Of a stretch of DNA of 64,000 bases, positions 37,948-50,647 are shown one piece after another (position 1 is the first letter of the stretch; each line of letters starts with the position of its first letter). The position numbers and the translations under genes are program-made. The stretch comes from Phoronis australis. Lineage: Eukaryota; Animalia; Phoronida. The DNA is taken from assembly GCA_002633005.1 (NCBI GenBank), contig NMRA01000379.1, positions 186,001 through 250,000 of the forward strand, written 5' to 3'. The notes below the pieces were generated by a model. That model did not search any database, was not told the origin of the DNA, and was given only the letters and a program-made list of their open reading frames with translations.

Positions 37948-39573
37948 AGGACTGTGGTCAAAATACAGCTAGGTACCACTGGCACTGTGTGTATTTCTTC
38001 CATAGACCCCGAAATTGAACACAGCCAGGGTAGTTCTGCCCGTCACCTCGCCGTGAAACTTGTATCAACGTGTAAAGCTTAAGACCGGGTGCATTCAAAA
38101 TCTGGGAATCAACCGACACTCACCTTGCCGGTTACAGCCGTTTAATTGAAAAAACAATGCAATAAACATTTTCTTGCATAACTCTCAGCCTTTTCTAACA
38201 ATGAAAAGTATGTCGTTTTAAAAACAGAACGCTCGTGTCACGCGCACGCGCCATTTCCTTGGAGATGGTGATAGCCTGGCAGCAGCAAAATTTCTTCTGA
38301 AATTTGTTTTTTCATTATCAAAATTCTAAAAACTTATAAAAAACTGAAACCAGTTTGGATAATTTGTTGTGACATGTATGCAACCTCATGAAAGAACTAC
38401 AATTGATTGAAGAATCGGCGAAAAAAGAAATTGGCCAATAGGTGACGCAATATTTTATGGCGCCGAAAGCCGTCGCTAAAGATTGCTCCACAACTTTAGC
38501 AGCAGAATATCGGTAGAACGCCAGTTTTCCAACACCGTTAAATAATTTAGTTTACTCAAGAAAGACTGTAGTTTTTAATGACACTAATTTTGTGTCAGAT
38601 TTTATCTTACCACTTTTTTTACCCACATCAGTGCAAAGCTATATGTTTATATACAGCTTTGTACCAAGGCTATGTCATAGCCAGCTGTAGACAGTGACCA
38701 TCGTTTCTGGCACCGCCAGTAGAGACGGTGGAGCTCCTATAGGTGCTTCATACCAGAGCTCGACATAACGAGCTGCAGGTCTCATTTGCAACCTGAAATT
38801 TCGAAATGCGAGCTGAGATTTTTGCCAGCTCGTATCAAGCCGCAAAATGCGACCTAGAATTTCCAATGTACACATTAATATACCTAATTATCGGACGCAC
38901 CCTAAATATCGGACATTACATAAAATCTTACTTGAAGCATAATCTGAGAAATAAATGACACCAATTTTTGTTCCGCTGTAATGCATTCAATGTCTTGCAC
39001 TGTCTGGTTTTTTCTAGCGTTGCCTCATTTTGATTTCACCGAGAGAGGGTGCAATTTAGACCTCCAAGTCGCCCTAAAATGGACGATCGCATAAATCGGT
39101 TATAAAAGTTGCTAAAAGCTTATGCTTCCTGGTGAGGTTGTTCACCAGAAATCATCACAATTCTCTACCCTTTATAGTATACAAGTCAGTTGTTCCGCCA
39201 TAATTGTAACAGTTGTGAATGACCTCTTCACCTGAGAAAGTAGTTCCCTGAATGTTGGGAAAATTGTGAGACCTGGCATTTATGAATGCAAGGTGAATTT
39301 TGAAAATGTGACTTGAGATTTTGGCTAGGTTGCAAAATGCGACCTGGCGATTTTCATAGCGTCCAGCCCTGCATACACTGAAAGCTTTTCGGCAAATTAT
39401 GCCTTGCACTGATTAAAACATCAAAGTCACTTTGTTAAATATCTTCAGCGCATTGAGACACATTAGAAGGCTGTCAATGTATTTAATTCCTTCCAAGTCG
39501 AACAAATATTTCCGTTCTCAAACTTTTTTTTCGAGCAGTCCATCGTTCAGTTCCCAAAATTGGTAACTCGCCA

Positions 39574-40475
39574 TTTTTATGCGCCCACATATTTATATGT
39601 GGACGCATTATGCCGTCATCTCTGTCCGTCCGTCCGTCCGTCCGGGCGGCGTCCGTCCGGCGTCCGGCGTCCGCTGCTCTATCTCCAAAACCCTTTGACA
39701 TACGTTCATGAAATTTGGCACATATATTCCATTCATGAATGGGACGGCATGTGCGAACTTTCGGACGGATCCGACTACCGGTGTGCCCCCTAGTGGCAAT
39801 TTTAGTTTTTTACGCTTACCTTTGTATCTTCANNNNNNNNNNNNNNNNNNNNNNNNNNNNNNNNNNNNNNNNNNNNNNNNNNNNNNNNNNNNNNNNNNNN
39901 NNNNNNNNNNNNNNNNNNNNNNNNNNNNNNNNNNNNNNNNNNNNNNNNNNNNNNNNNNNNNNNNNNNNNNNNNNNNNNNNNNNNNNNNNNNNNNNNNNNN
40001 NNNNNNNNNNNNNNNNNNNNNNNNNNNNNNNNNNNNNNNNNNNNNNNNNNNNNNNNNNNNNNNNNNNNNNNNNNNNNNNNNNNNNNNNNNNNNNNNNNNN
40101 NNNNNNNNNNNNNNNNNNNNNNNNNNNNNNNNNNNNNNNNNNNNNNNNNNNNNNNNNNNNNNNNNNNNNNNNNNNNNNNNNNNNNNNNNNNNNNNNNNNN
40201 NNNNNNNNNNNNNNNNNNNNNNNNNNNNNNNATTCTATGTTTCTGTGGTGCTTTAAGCAACTGGTGTATAGGATGTGCTTGTATTATGAAGATTACTCAC
40301 ATTTTGCCCCTAGCCTATTGAGGAGACAAGGACCATGCCTTTCCATTTTGCAAAGTACAACATACTACATATATGCCCTCTACTGGCCACTTTATGGTAC
40401 CAATAAACAACCCTAGAAGGATACCGTATGCGGTGCAATTGTGGGCGCATTTCAACGCTCTGCGTTGCTCTTGTT
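39574..40475 (+). mobile_element. HINE family H copy spanning the assembly gap
   Basis: 5' TTTTTATGCGCCCACATATTTATATGTGGACGCAT plus (CCGT)n; 3' TGTGGGCGCATTTCAACGCTCTGCGTTGCTCTTGTT. Confidence 0.75.
39833..40231. other. Assembly gap (run of N)
   Basis: About 400 consecutive N, inside a HINE copy. Confidence 0.99.
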
Positions 40476-40667
40476 AACACTGCGCGCGGCAGGTGGTATA
40501 ACGTCACTGTGTAAGCCAGCTAGACAGTGACCACCCCTATAGGAGCTTCATATGCCGGAAACTTTTCAGCGAATTATGGTACTGGCAGGAAGTAATGCCT
40601 TCCTGGTACTGATCATGTCCTTGTTGGCTACTTCTTGGCTTTACATTGTGAACATTATTTTTTTTAG

Positions 40668-40874
40668 ATAATTTCCCGATAGTGCATCTAGAAGCTAACA
40701 AAGAACAGCTTGTGGATCTTCAGCCATGGTCTATCACAGTGTTCAACCTGAGCAGTATCCATAAAGGTATCACCTATGTTATCTTTCATGTCCACAGCCA
40801 GAGCAGGAACTTGACGGTTTCCTCGAGACTGAACTTTGAACCAGAGTTGACCACTTCACCAGGAAATGACAGAG
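40668..40874 (+). CDS. TM7SF3: TM7SF3 coding exon 2
   Basis: Acceptor tttttttag|, donor G|GTTTGT; VIFHVHSQSRNLTVS resembles human TM7SF3 LIFQIHSQYQNTTVS (human sequence recalled, not aligned by tool). Confidence 0.9.
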
Positions 40875-43800
40875 GTTTGTATCACCTTGTCTCAGTGCGT
40901 CTGTTTAAAAATTATGGGCCGTAATTATGTCATTGATTCTCAATAAGCATGTTTGGCTGGGCATATTCAAATTGACTTTAGCTGGGGTTACTTAAGAGAA
41001 AAAGTCTACATTATGATAGGAAAACTGTGAACAACATCTGAATAAGGTTATCTCCAACCGTGTTAGTGACCTTCAAAAACAAGCTTTGTCAACTTGTAAA
41101 AGTATAAAGTTTCTGGAAAAGTTGAAAGATTATAAAATTATGTTTTGTATTGATGTGCCATAATTAATATTGTGTTAATGCCTTTTTGAAGTCAAAATTT
41201 AAATTTTAAGAGAGGTACAGTCGCCCGATTTTCAGACACTATAATTCCAATAAAACAAGTTCATTTTTGATCCAATATTGCAGGACAAGATATTTGTGGT
41301 GTAAAAATTTGGCAGACTTCCAAAATGTGCCATTTCACTGTTGTTCGAATTTGGTGAGCTAAATTTCTTAAAAAATTTTAGCAGTCGGCATGAACATGAT
41401 CAATAAAGAATCGATTTGTCCACAAGAAATAGTTAAATATTTTGTAAGTTGTGAAAAAGAAAGCATTATTATCATGTGCACTTTTAATTCAAGTGTGCTG
41501 AGCCCATTCGTGTCACTCAAACATTGAGATGTGAATTATATCGAAGAAAGTTTACCGAACTTGTGTTGCCGAGGCACAAAGGGCTTTTTGTCGACTATTA
41601 AAACTCGTAACAGTACGTTTGGTAAAGAAATGCGCTTTCTCAATTTTAATGAACTTTGTGTTAAACGTAAACATTATGCCATGAAGAAAGTGATAAACAA
41701 TGAGGAGAACAGAGTATATACTTAAATTTGTTAAAATGTTTACGTTCTGCTAGTTAAAACGCAAGTTAACCCTGACATGTTTATTTCCATGTTAACTGAA
41801 AGCTCAGTTTCAACATGAAAACGAACGAACGTTATCCAAAATATATTACAAAGACAATCCTGATATTAAATTGAGAAGTTTCTCATCCACTCGTGATTGC
41901 CGGTTCGTCGCTCTGGTAGTCATCTGAATTGTTGAAGAAGCGCATCGGACTCGGAATCAATTTCGTTCTACATGTTTAGGTTTACTGCGAGTCACATCTA
42001 TATATTTTAGTTGGATCGGGATGTGTCGACTCGTACAGTACTGCGCGGCTGATAACACGATCAACTGATGAATTTTATTTAGAATGATGCGGTTGAGAAA
42101 GCTAATGCAATTTCAAATCCTACGAACATCAAATTCACCCAACTGTTTTTTGTAATTAAAACTTTTCTCATCCACAGCCTTTGAATGTCCAATGTGAACT
42201 TATCATTGTGTGTAGACTGTGACACACTGTGATACACTGTGATACACTGGCATGTCTTCATGCAGTCCAGATGACCTCACAGATGTTCCCTTCTTTACAC
42301 TTTTAACCACAGGTATAACTGCTGACGTTGAAAACTCTTGTAAAATCTGTTTGTGGATGAAATACAACCGATAACCATTAACTCAGGCAGGTAGCTTGGG
42401 CTATTGTAACCTGGGTGGAAGATAACAGTGCCATTTCTTCTGATCGTCGCCCGATTAGCGCCATCCCATGGTTGTCGTCAATTTCGTGCAGCTCTCCCTC
42501 AGTCACCACTAATTTGTGCACCCGGCCTCCTGCTGCGCACTAATGTCGATTTAGTAGACCCACTATTTCTTCGGGTGTCATCCAAGTGCCCTCCCCTGCC
42601 AAGACCGTTTTTGTGCACGTTGATACAATAGGCTCCTGGCAGTTCACGAATGTTCGACGAATCGACTAATGATGACCTGAAAAGAAAAACAAAAACACTG
42701 AGACAGTTTTAACTCATAAAGCACGTAAAATAGGCAATTCAAGAACCCGTCTACTATTAATATACTTAATTTTCCACTTGTTACTTAATCATATATACTT
42801 ACTATACACTTAACCAATTACAATCCCGTCTGTGTCAACCGTTTTTATTTCATTGCGTCATATATTCACTACAGTTAGGGCAATAGTTCCCATAGTTCTT
42901 CATACAGGTCTCTGCTGATGGATGTCAAACACTTTTGCTAAAATCTTCGGTATGAACAGTCGCTAGTTCACTCAAGTTTCCTTATGTTTACAGAAATGTT
43001 GTTTTTGTCCACTTTTGAAATGAGTATCTGAAGAGGGGAAAAGATAACAAAATAAAACATGGAAACACTCAACAAAAATTAAAACAACACTTACCTGTTG
43101 CAATAACACCTTAAATGGGAACGTACTGACTGACTTGCATGAATGGAATGTTAATTGAACGACATGTTAGTTGAACGACTTGTTAGTTGAACGACTTGTT
43201 AGTTGAACAAAAGTGGTTTACAGGTTTAAGTAGATCCATCCTATATTTCCGTACATAAGTCCAGCAGAGTATATTCCCAGTTTGCGTATCTTAGACTTTT
43301 CCCAAAAATATACCCGGGATGCATATCTGAGAATAAAAGTGCATGGTTGAAAACTAAAATAGGGCTGTTCTCACTAGGATATATTTAGGGCAAGCTACAG
43401 TATTTAAACGTGTATCTTAAGGTAATACAAAAAGCATGGTCTGTAGTTTAAGCAACTGCACTGAAAACGAAAGATGTCTGAACTGCAACATATGTTTGAT
43501 GTAAAATTTTAATTTCAACACAAAAATCGCGATCTCAGAAGCCCTGAATGCTGTGTGAAGTCAATGGTGACTCATTCCTTACCAACTTGCAAAAAGTTAA
43601 AAATTGAATTGCACAGTGTTTCCACTTTCAGAAACTTTATACTTTACAAAGTTAAAATGTGTAGTTTTTACATATTTGGCTTAATTCACAGTCTTGTTGA
43701 TGATGTCATACATAATTTTAATGAACCTTTAACTGAGAGATTGCAAGCATACCAGCTAACGTGTTAGGCAAATGACTACTATATGCCTCAGTGGGACTCA

Positions 43801-44246
43801 TTTGAAGAATAAAATTTTCAATCGGTCGCTGAGTTGAACCTCTCGAGCTATTTCTTTTTGAAGTTGCCCTCCTTTATGAATTATAAGACACCCTGACTTG
43901 ATTTTGGCAGAATTTGCTTGAAGTTGTTCCACTTGTATTGGAAGTAGCAATGTTTTTATTGGTAACAGTGAGACTCAGTTTTGAAACTAGTTCTTAAAAT
44001 TCGGGGACCCCTGTAACTGTTGCCTTGTCCTTTTCAAATTTTATTTTGATCCTTTAAACTATTGCAGTTGGGTGATAAGTTAATAAGGTGTAAAAGTTGC
44101 AGAAACTATCGAGGTCCACCGTTTGGAAAAATCTCAAGTTAACTGTAAGGATATTATATGTATATGTGTTGTGGATTAGCTACCCACATGTCATTCAGTT
44201 ACTAAGTTGTAAACTTAATAAATTGATATTTTGTGTCTTGTGCTAG

Positions 44247-44357
44247 GTGTCGTCACTGTGTTGAGGACTTTTCAAAGTGAAGCCGTGTGGTATGTGAACT
44301 CTAGCAGTGGACGAAATGTATCTGTTATCGCCATGGCAAACACATTTTCTGCACAAG
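44247..44357 (+). CDS. TM7SF3: TM7SF3 coding exon 3 (absent from ORF track)
   Basis: tgctag|...CAAG|GTAATG, 111 nt, phase 1-1; GVVTVLRTFQSEAVWYVNSSSGRNVSVIAMANTFSAQD resembles human GLVFILRPEQSTCTWYL...LSYSERD. Confidence 0.88.
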
Positions 44358-44660
44358 GTAATGCATTTCCAGTTATATAGCTTTTGTAGCCAAAATTTGA
44401 AAACTAATTTGTCAAGATTTGTGTACAAAAATTAATTGAACAGACATTGCAGCTTTAGCTTTTATAACATTAAACTGAGATTAGAGGTGGCAGTTATGAT
44501 AGGTAAGCAGTTTTGTCACATGAAAGGCTCCAGTTATGTATAGGGTTCTAGTGTGGGCATGCTTTTGTGATCATGGCACAGAGTTCAGGATCACATAATT
44601 GTAGATACAGAATTGTTGCCCACCAAACTCTGGAAAAGGGAGCTTTTATCCATGGCTACA

Positions 44661-45652
44661 CAGTGGCGGATCTAGGATATCACAAGGGGGGCCCAACATT
44701 TTGTCTGTAAGCATTTGCGCAAACCACGATTGTAGATGCGCACAGCACCGAAGTGGGGGGCAAACCCCCCTCCCGCCCAGGAAATTTTTTCCGTTTTTTT
44801 TCGCTAAAAATCGAGCATTTTCCTTGATTCATGAAGTATTATCCAAGAAAAAAAGGCAAAAAAAGGATAACGTGTCTAACAGGAAAAACTGCAAAAACCA
44901 CAGACTCAAACTCACGACCTGGAGGATAGAGCGGGCATGCTTTACCACTACACCACCAGGATTTAACTCCTAATTTGATATTAAGAGACCTACTTGTTTA
45001 TGGTCCACAACGTTTGCACGCGAAACCTACTTCTTTTTGTAATGCTTATTACACGTTTTATATTTTGTGCAATCGGTTCGTAACAAGTTCTATTTAAAAT
45101 AGTCTTCAAGTTGCCAAAAGACCAAATCTGTTTTTCGTGTTGGCAATAATGATGGGATTGCTTTGGAAATGGTCTTAAGTTAAGGTTTGACATAGAGAGA
45201 ATTATGAGTTTTTGAGTGATTCACTAAGGCTTCGATTAAAATTCACATCTTACCAGCAGTTTCAGTATTTTCATCGTCACTCAGGTTCCATTTTCTTTAA
45301 AAAATGAAGAAATTTTGTTCATTGCACAGTGGAGCAGACGACGGAAACGGAGTCGTGCGCAGCACCACTGCCAGTCACCTGGGATATCGCTGGAGAGCCT
45401 ATACTTAGCCGTAGTTCCCTTACGATTGCGCCGTGTTCCGAATTTGACACTTGAAATTGGATCTGAGCCCCCCCAACACTAAAACTGCACTCATTTAAAT
45501 CCTGTTTCATCCGTATAATTTTAATTACCGGGGTTAATTAATAAACTCAACATTTCCCTAAGTATGCTCTTGCTGTTTTATTTGTTTGTTGCGGCAGCCA
45601 AGGGGAGGGAGGGCCCGGGCCCTTGGTTCCCCCCCCCCGAAATCCGTCTATG
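44661..45652. mobile_element. Non-autonomous TIR element with 6-bp TSD, containing a - strand tRNA-like SINE head at about 44903-44960
   Basis: Ends CAGTGGCGGAT / ATCCGTCTATG; TSD GCTACA at 44655-44660 and 45653-45658. Confidence 0.75.
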
Positions 45653-45694
45653 GCTACATCATTTGGCTAAATATAACACCCATGAAGGGTCTTA

Positions 45695-45990
45695 TTTTTA
45701 TGCACCCACATATTTATAATATGTGGTTGCCTATTGTCTGGGCATCCGGTGTCTGCGGCTGTATCTCCTGCGTGTTCCTATGTGGCTGACGACAGATGAC
45801 GACGAGTTTCAGACTGACCCAAATACTGTTGTGCCCCCTAGTGGCAATTTTAATTTTATTAGGTTTGCCTCTGTATCTTCGGAGTTCTGTCACAGATTTT
45901 CACGAAATTCGGCAAATAGGTTTTTAATACAGAGGAAATGATGGCATTCCATTTTCGGATGGATTCAACGAATTTTACTCCAATCGGCGT
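45695..45990 (+). mobile_element. HINE family H, 5' fragment
   Basis: TTTTTATGCACCCACATATTTATAATATGTGG start; internal GTGCCCCCTAGTGGC. Confidence 0.65.
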
Positions 45991-46863
45991 GCAATTCTTT
46001 TTCTTTGGGAGTTCTTACATTCGTGATCAGTTCAACCGTGGTCTCCGTACTGCGAACGCACTTCAGAAATGCTGTTTGATAAAAATGACAGAACAGATAA
46101 GGTGTCCTCTTTGGACAAGAAGGGAAAATCCATGGTACCTAAACCGACGAAGATAGAATCTAGAAGCAATGGGAATAAAGTTTATACAAATCCTTTGCAA
46201 AATAAATCAAACTTGTGGTGTAATTTGACCAAGTTAGGGAGCACAAAACTAGACGAGTTCATGGTCAATAGACCAAGGCGCATGCGCAGAATAAGGGAGA
46301 AAAATACCAAACACTCAAAAATGCACGCCAGTACACAATGGGTGTATTATGGTGGTTAGTGTCGTTCGAGGTGGATCTGAATACACTGGTAAAGTTTCTT
46401 CCAATTCTGTGACGGGTCATGTAGAATTTTTTTATTTATTCCTTAGGTTCTTTCAGAAATTGCTCCTTGGGTTTTCAAAGTGTTTAGTTTTAAATGCTCA
46501 TTCTTGGTTATAGATACACCTCAATATGTACATAATGTCAATTTAGCTCAAAAATAACACCTATCAGCAGAGAATTTCAGCCAGTAGGACCCAGACAATT
46601 AGTTTACCTGGCACTAACAAACTATTCATTATCAATATTCAGCTGATGTTTTGTTCGACACTTGCATGTGAGGTAACTCACATCCATGCCACATTCCTGG
46701 CGTTACTGTACTCAAGATGCTAATACAGGTAAACAACTTCTTAAACATGACTTTTTGTGAGTCCATGCTTGGCAAAACACCCGTTCCTTATTTGTGAGTT
46801 TCTCAGTTGAAGCACCCTGGTCATCAACTGAACGATTACGGTACTTTATAAACTCTGTTCCAG

Positions 46864-47147
46864 ATCCACTGTCGGGTGGTTGTAATCAGGAGTTTAATAT
46901 GGAGAACAATGCCAACATCCACTTGTCCTATGATGCACACAACACGCTTCTACAGTTCCAGTTTTCTAATGTTGGAGTAAGCCGTGGGAGTGAGCCGATC
47001 GATTGTGAAAATGACATCTCATGGAAGAACTTAACCTATGACCTGTATCTGTACTACCTCCAAGAGAATAACCTGTCGGAGAAGATGTTCTTCTCGGCAA
47101 TGCAGAAGATGCTTACCTTAGACTCAGTTCTCGCTCACGGCACGAAG
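46864..47147 (+). CDS. TM7SF3: TM7SF3 coding exon 4
   Basis: ttccag|AT...AAG|GTTTGA; DPLSGGCNQEF...LTYDLYLYYLQENNLSE resembles human DPVPGGCNLEF...LQYDVYQYFLPENDLTE. Confidence 0.95.
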
Positions 47148-47716
47148 GTTTGAACAGAAAATTTTTATACTCTATAGAAATGATAAGCAAAGAGGGTTGA
47201 GCTTTCCCTTCCTGTTCCGAAGGTTGTGGGTTTAAATCCTACTGGACCCCGGCTAGATCCTTGGGTCAGGTTTCTAGCTCCTCGGCTCAATTTTAACTCA
47301 TTGTATACATGTTATATGCCTATAGCAATACATGAAAAATGGTTTCAGTTGTTTGGTGCAATAGGCCCAGCTGAACATCCTGCACTATTTTAATGATGAT
47401 CAGAGTTTAATAATGTGAAGTTTGGCGAATGCTAACTGGTATGATTGTCTTGAAATGTGGTAATTTTGGCCAGTAATGAAGGGTGACGAGTGACATCACA
47501 AAAAGTTACTTTTAGACAGTAACTGGTATAGTATTTACAGACAGGGATACACAGGTAGACATTGGCACTAAATTTTGTGAAACAAACCTGTGGGAGTTGC
47601 TATGTCTAATGATGATTGAGCTTTCATCATGAAGTACAACAGTTTACATAATCTGTTTGAAATATTTACCTACAGTTCTGCATTTTTGACACTCACTCTT
47701 AAGGAGGTGATGCCAT

Positions 47717-50085
47717 TTTTTGTGCCCACATATTTATAGGTGGGTGCATTATGCCGTCATCCCTGGCCATCTGTCCGGCGTCTAGCGTCCTCTGCTCTAT
47801 CCCCAAAACCTTTGATGTATGTTCATGACATTTTATGCATATGTTCCTTTCGTAGATAGGACAGCTTGAGTGAAATTTCAGACGGATCCGACTACTGGTA
47901 TGCCCCCTAGTGGTAATTTTATTTTTATGTTTACCTCTGTATCGTCAAATGTTCTCAACGGATTTTCATAAAATTTGGTAGATAGGTATTTATTAGTGAG
48001 ATGATGCAATCCTTCTGTTTTCGGATGGATTCGAGGTACTTTAGGCCACTTATTGGCCATTTTTACTGTTTTGGAGTCTATTTTGGCATCCGCCCATCTA
48101 TCAACCAAACCACGTTCCTACTGTGAAGAGACAGCTGAGTATGATTTTCCGACGACTTCGACTACTGTGGCACCTCCTTGTAGCATTTTTTGTGCCCATG
48201 ACTGTATCTCCTAAACCTTCTGCAGGATCTTTATTAAATTTAGCAACGGACGACGACGATTTTGGGACAGATCTGACGGACACTGTGTCTTCGAGTGGCA
48301 TTTTCATTTTTTCCATTTTTCAGTTTTTCTGTAGTTCCTTGAATGGATTTTTATGAAATTTAGTTAGTAGCTTCATAAAGAAAAGATGACATGCTCCTGT
48401 TTTTGGATGGGTTTGATGTGTTTTGCGCCATCTAGTGGTATTTTTTTACTGTTTTCTAGCCTATTTGTGGTGTCCGCCCATGTATCAACCAAACCACTCT
48501 AATGATTTTAAAAATTGGCATTTATGTTTCAACTATGAGGAGGACAGCTGATGTTGATTTTCAGTTAACTTGAGGTACTGTGGTGCCTCCTAGTGGCATT
48601 TTTGTGTCTGTGGTTATATCTCTCAAACCCTTTGCAGGATCTTTATTAAATTGAGCATGTTTATTTATATGAAGTTGACAACAGACAATGACTTCATTTG
48701 GATGGATCCAACTTCTGCTATGCACCCTTTTTGGAAATTTTATTTTTTTCATTGTCTTCTTTGAAACTCTTTGGCAGATTTTCATGAAATTTAATACATA
48801 GGTTTCTATTAAAGAGTCGACAGGTTCCTGTTTTCGGATAGATTTGACGTATAGAGGCCGTTTTTTATTATTGTGGAATTTTGCAAATAGGTTTCTATTG
48901 AGGAGACAATGACGCCTTTTCATTTTTGGGCAGATTTGACGTATTCTGTGCCACTCAGTGACGATTTAAAAAAATTTTAGCATGTTTTTGACACCACCCT
49001 CAACATCCGCCAAACCACGTAAAGCTCATTATTAAAATTTGGGGATGTGTTCCTGATGAGAAGACTGAGACTGACGTTGATTTTCAGTTGTGTTCAACTA
49101 CGAAGCGACCCCCTAGTAGCAATTTTACTTTTTTGCGTTCACGGCTGTATCTCCTTTATCCTTTGTAAGATCATTTTGAAATTGACCAGATATGTTCCTA
49201 TGGAGATGACAGCCAGTGTCAGACCAATCCAATAACATCTGTGATCCCTAGTGGCAATTTTTTTCGTTTGCCTCTGTATCGTCTAGATTTCCTTGAAGCT
49301 TTTTCATGAAATTGGGCAAACAAATTTCTATTATGAATTGATGAAGATAACTGCACCTTTCGTTTTTGTGATGGATTCGGTGTATTGTATACCTCCCTGT
49401 TTCCATTTTGATGATTTTTAAAGTATTTTTGTCGTCTGCTTAATCCGTATCTGCCAAATTGCGTATCTGATCATTATGAAATTGGTAGATGTGTTCATAC
49501 TGACAAGAGCATGGCTGGCGTGGGGATCATTATGAAATTGGTAGATGTGTTCATACTGACAAGAGCATGGCTGGCGTAGAGAATCATTATGAAATTGGTC
49601 GATGTGTTCATACTGACAAGAGCATGGCTGGCGTGGGGATCATTATGAAATTGGTAAATGTGTTCATACTGACAAGAGCATGGCTGGCGTGGATTTTCAA
49701 ACAGATCCAACTGCTGTGGTGTCCCCTAATGACATTTTTTCGCATCTACGGCTGTATCTCCTAAACCCCTTGCAAAACATTTTTGAACTTTTACAATTGT
49801 ATTCTTATTCACTTGACAGCAGATGGACGGATTGGACTACCGTTGTGGTTCCTGATGGGAATTTGGCTTTACGAACTTTGCCTTTGTTTGCTCGGAGTAT
49901 TTTGACAGATTTTCATGAAATTTGGTAAATAATTTTGAGAGACAACAACACCTTCCCATTTTGGATGAGTTCAATGCATTCTGTGCCATCTAATGGCCAT
50001 TTTTATACTAGAAATAAACACCCCTAGAAGCACACCATTTCCGGTGCAGTTTTAGGCACATTTCAATGCTCCACATTGCTCTTGT
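47717..50085 (+). mobile_element. HINE family H, long copy
   Basis: Both diagnostic ends present; many internal repeat units plus a 56-57 bp minisatellite. Confidence 0.75.
49469..49692. repeat. Minisatellite, 56-57 bp x 4, inside a HINE
   Basis: Unit GATCATTATGAAATTGGTAGATGTGTTCATACTGACAAGAGCATGGCTGGCGTGGG. Confidence 0.9.
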
Positions 50086-50445
50086 TAATTTATGAATCAA
50101 CTGCAGTCAATGATAGCCAGCAGTGTAAGAACAACTGTCTTCTGACTGGTTGTCATGGATATGCTTAATACACCAAGGCTGCTGATTTGCTTCAGCACCT
50201 GGACTTGATATGATTACGGTAGGCCAAGGGATGGTGCAATACAGCTCAGAAATACTTCGTCTAGCGGATAGCGCTAGGATGAACAAATCCTGTCATCCCC
50301 CACTGTGTGAGCATTGCCACATCGCCACTCGTTCAACAAATTATTGATGAAGTATACTGCGCAACCAGGTTTAGTATTTTGTCCTATCTTCTTGGTCTTT
50401 CACACAGGCCATGCCTGTTGCAATGTACTTTTTTCTCAAATGCAG

Positions 50446-50635
50446 ATCTTCCCGTCATTCCTTCGCAAGAAGCACCACAGTAACTTTACAGTTGCCTCCT
50501 ACCTGGGACGTGGCGCCATCTATACAGTGGTTGTCACATTCATGGGAAAGGACAAGGTCACAAGGTCAATGTACATACCGTCGTCGACGTACGCTTGTGA
50601 GTTTGAGGGAAAGGTTGACAACTGCGAGGCTCGAC
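50446..50635 (+). CDS. TM7SF3: TM7SF3 coding exon 5
   Basis: tgcag|ATC...CGAC|GTAAGT; GRGAIYTVVV...YIPSSTYACEF resembles human GQGVIYNVIV...YIPAHTYACSF. Confidence 0.93.
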
Positions 50636-50647
50636 GTAAGTAGTAGT

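Noticed and set aside
39708-40416. Long ORFs of 152-225 aa
   Set aside because: They stay open only because they cross the N gap.
41205-41260. Kolobok-like terminus (TTAAGAGAGGTACAGTC)
   Set aside because: No matching opposite TIR or second copy was found in the window.
42313-42375. Alternative TM7SF3 exon 3 candidate after ACCACAG|
   Set aside because: It hits a stop after about 20 codons and lacks similarity; 44247-44357 fits both phase and homology.
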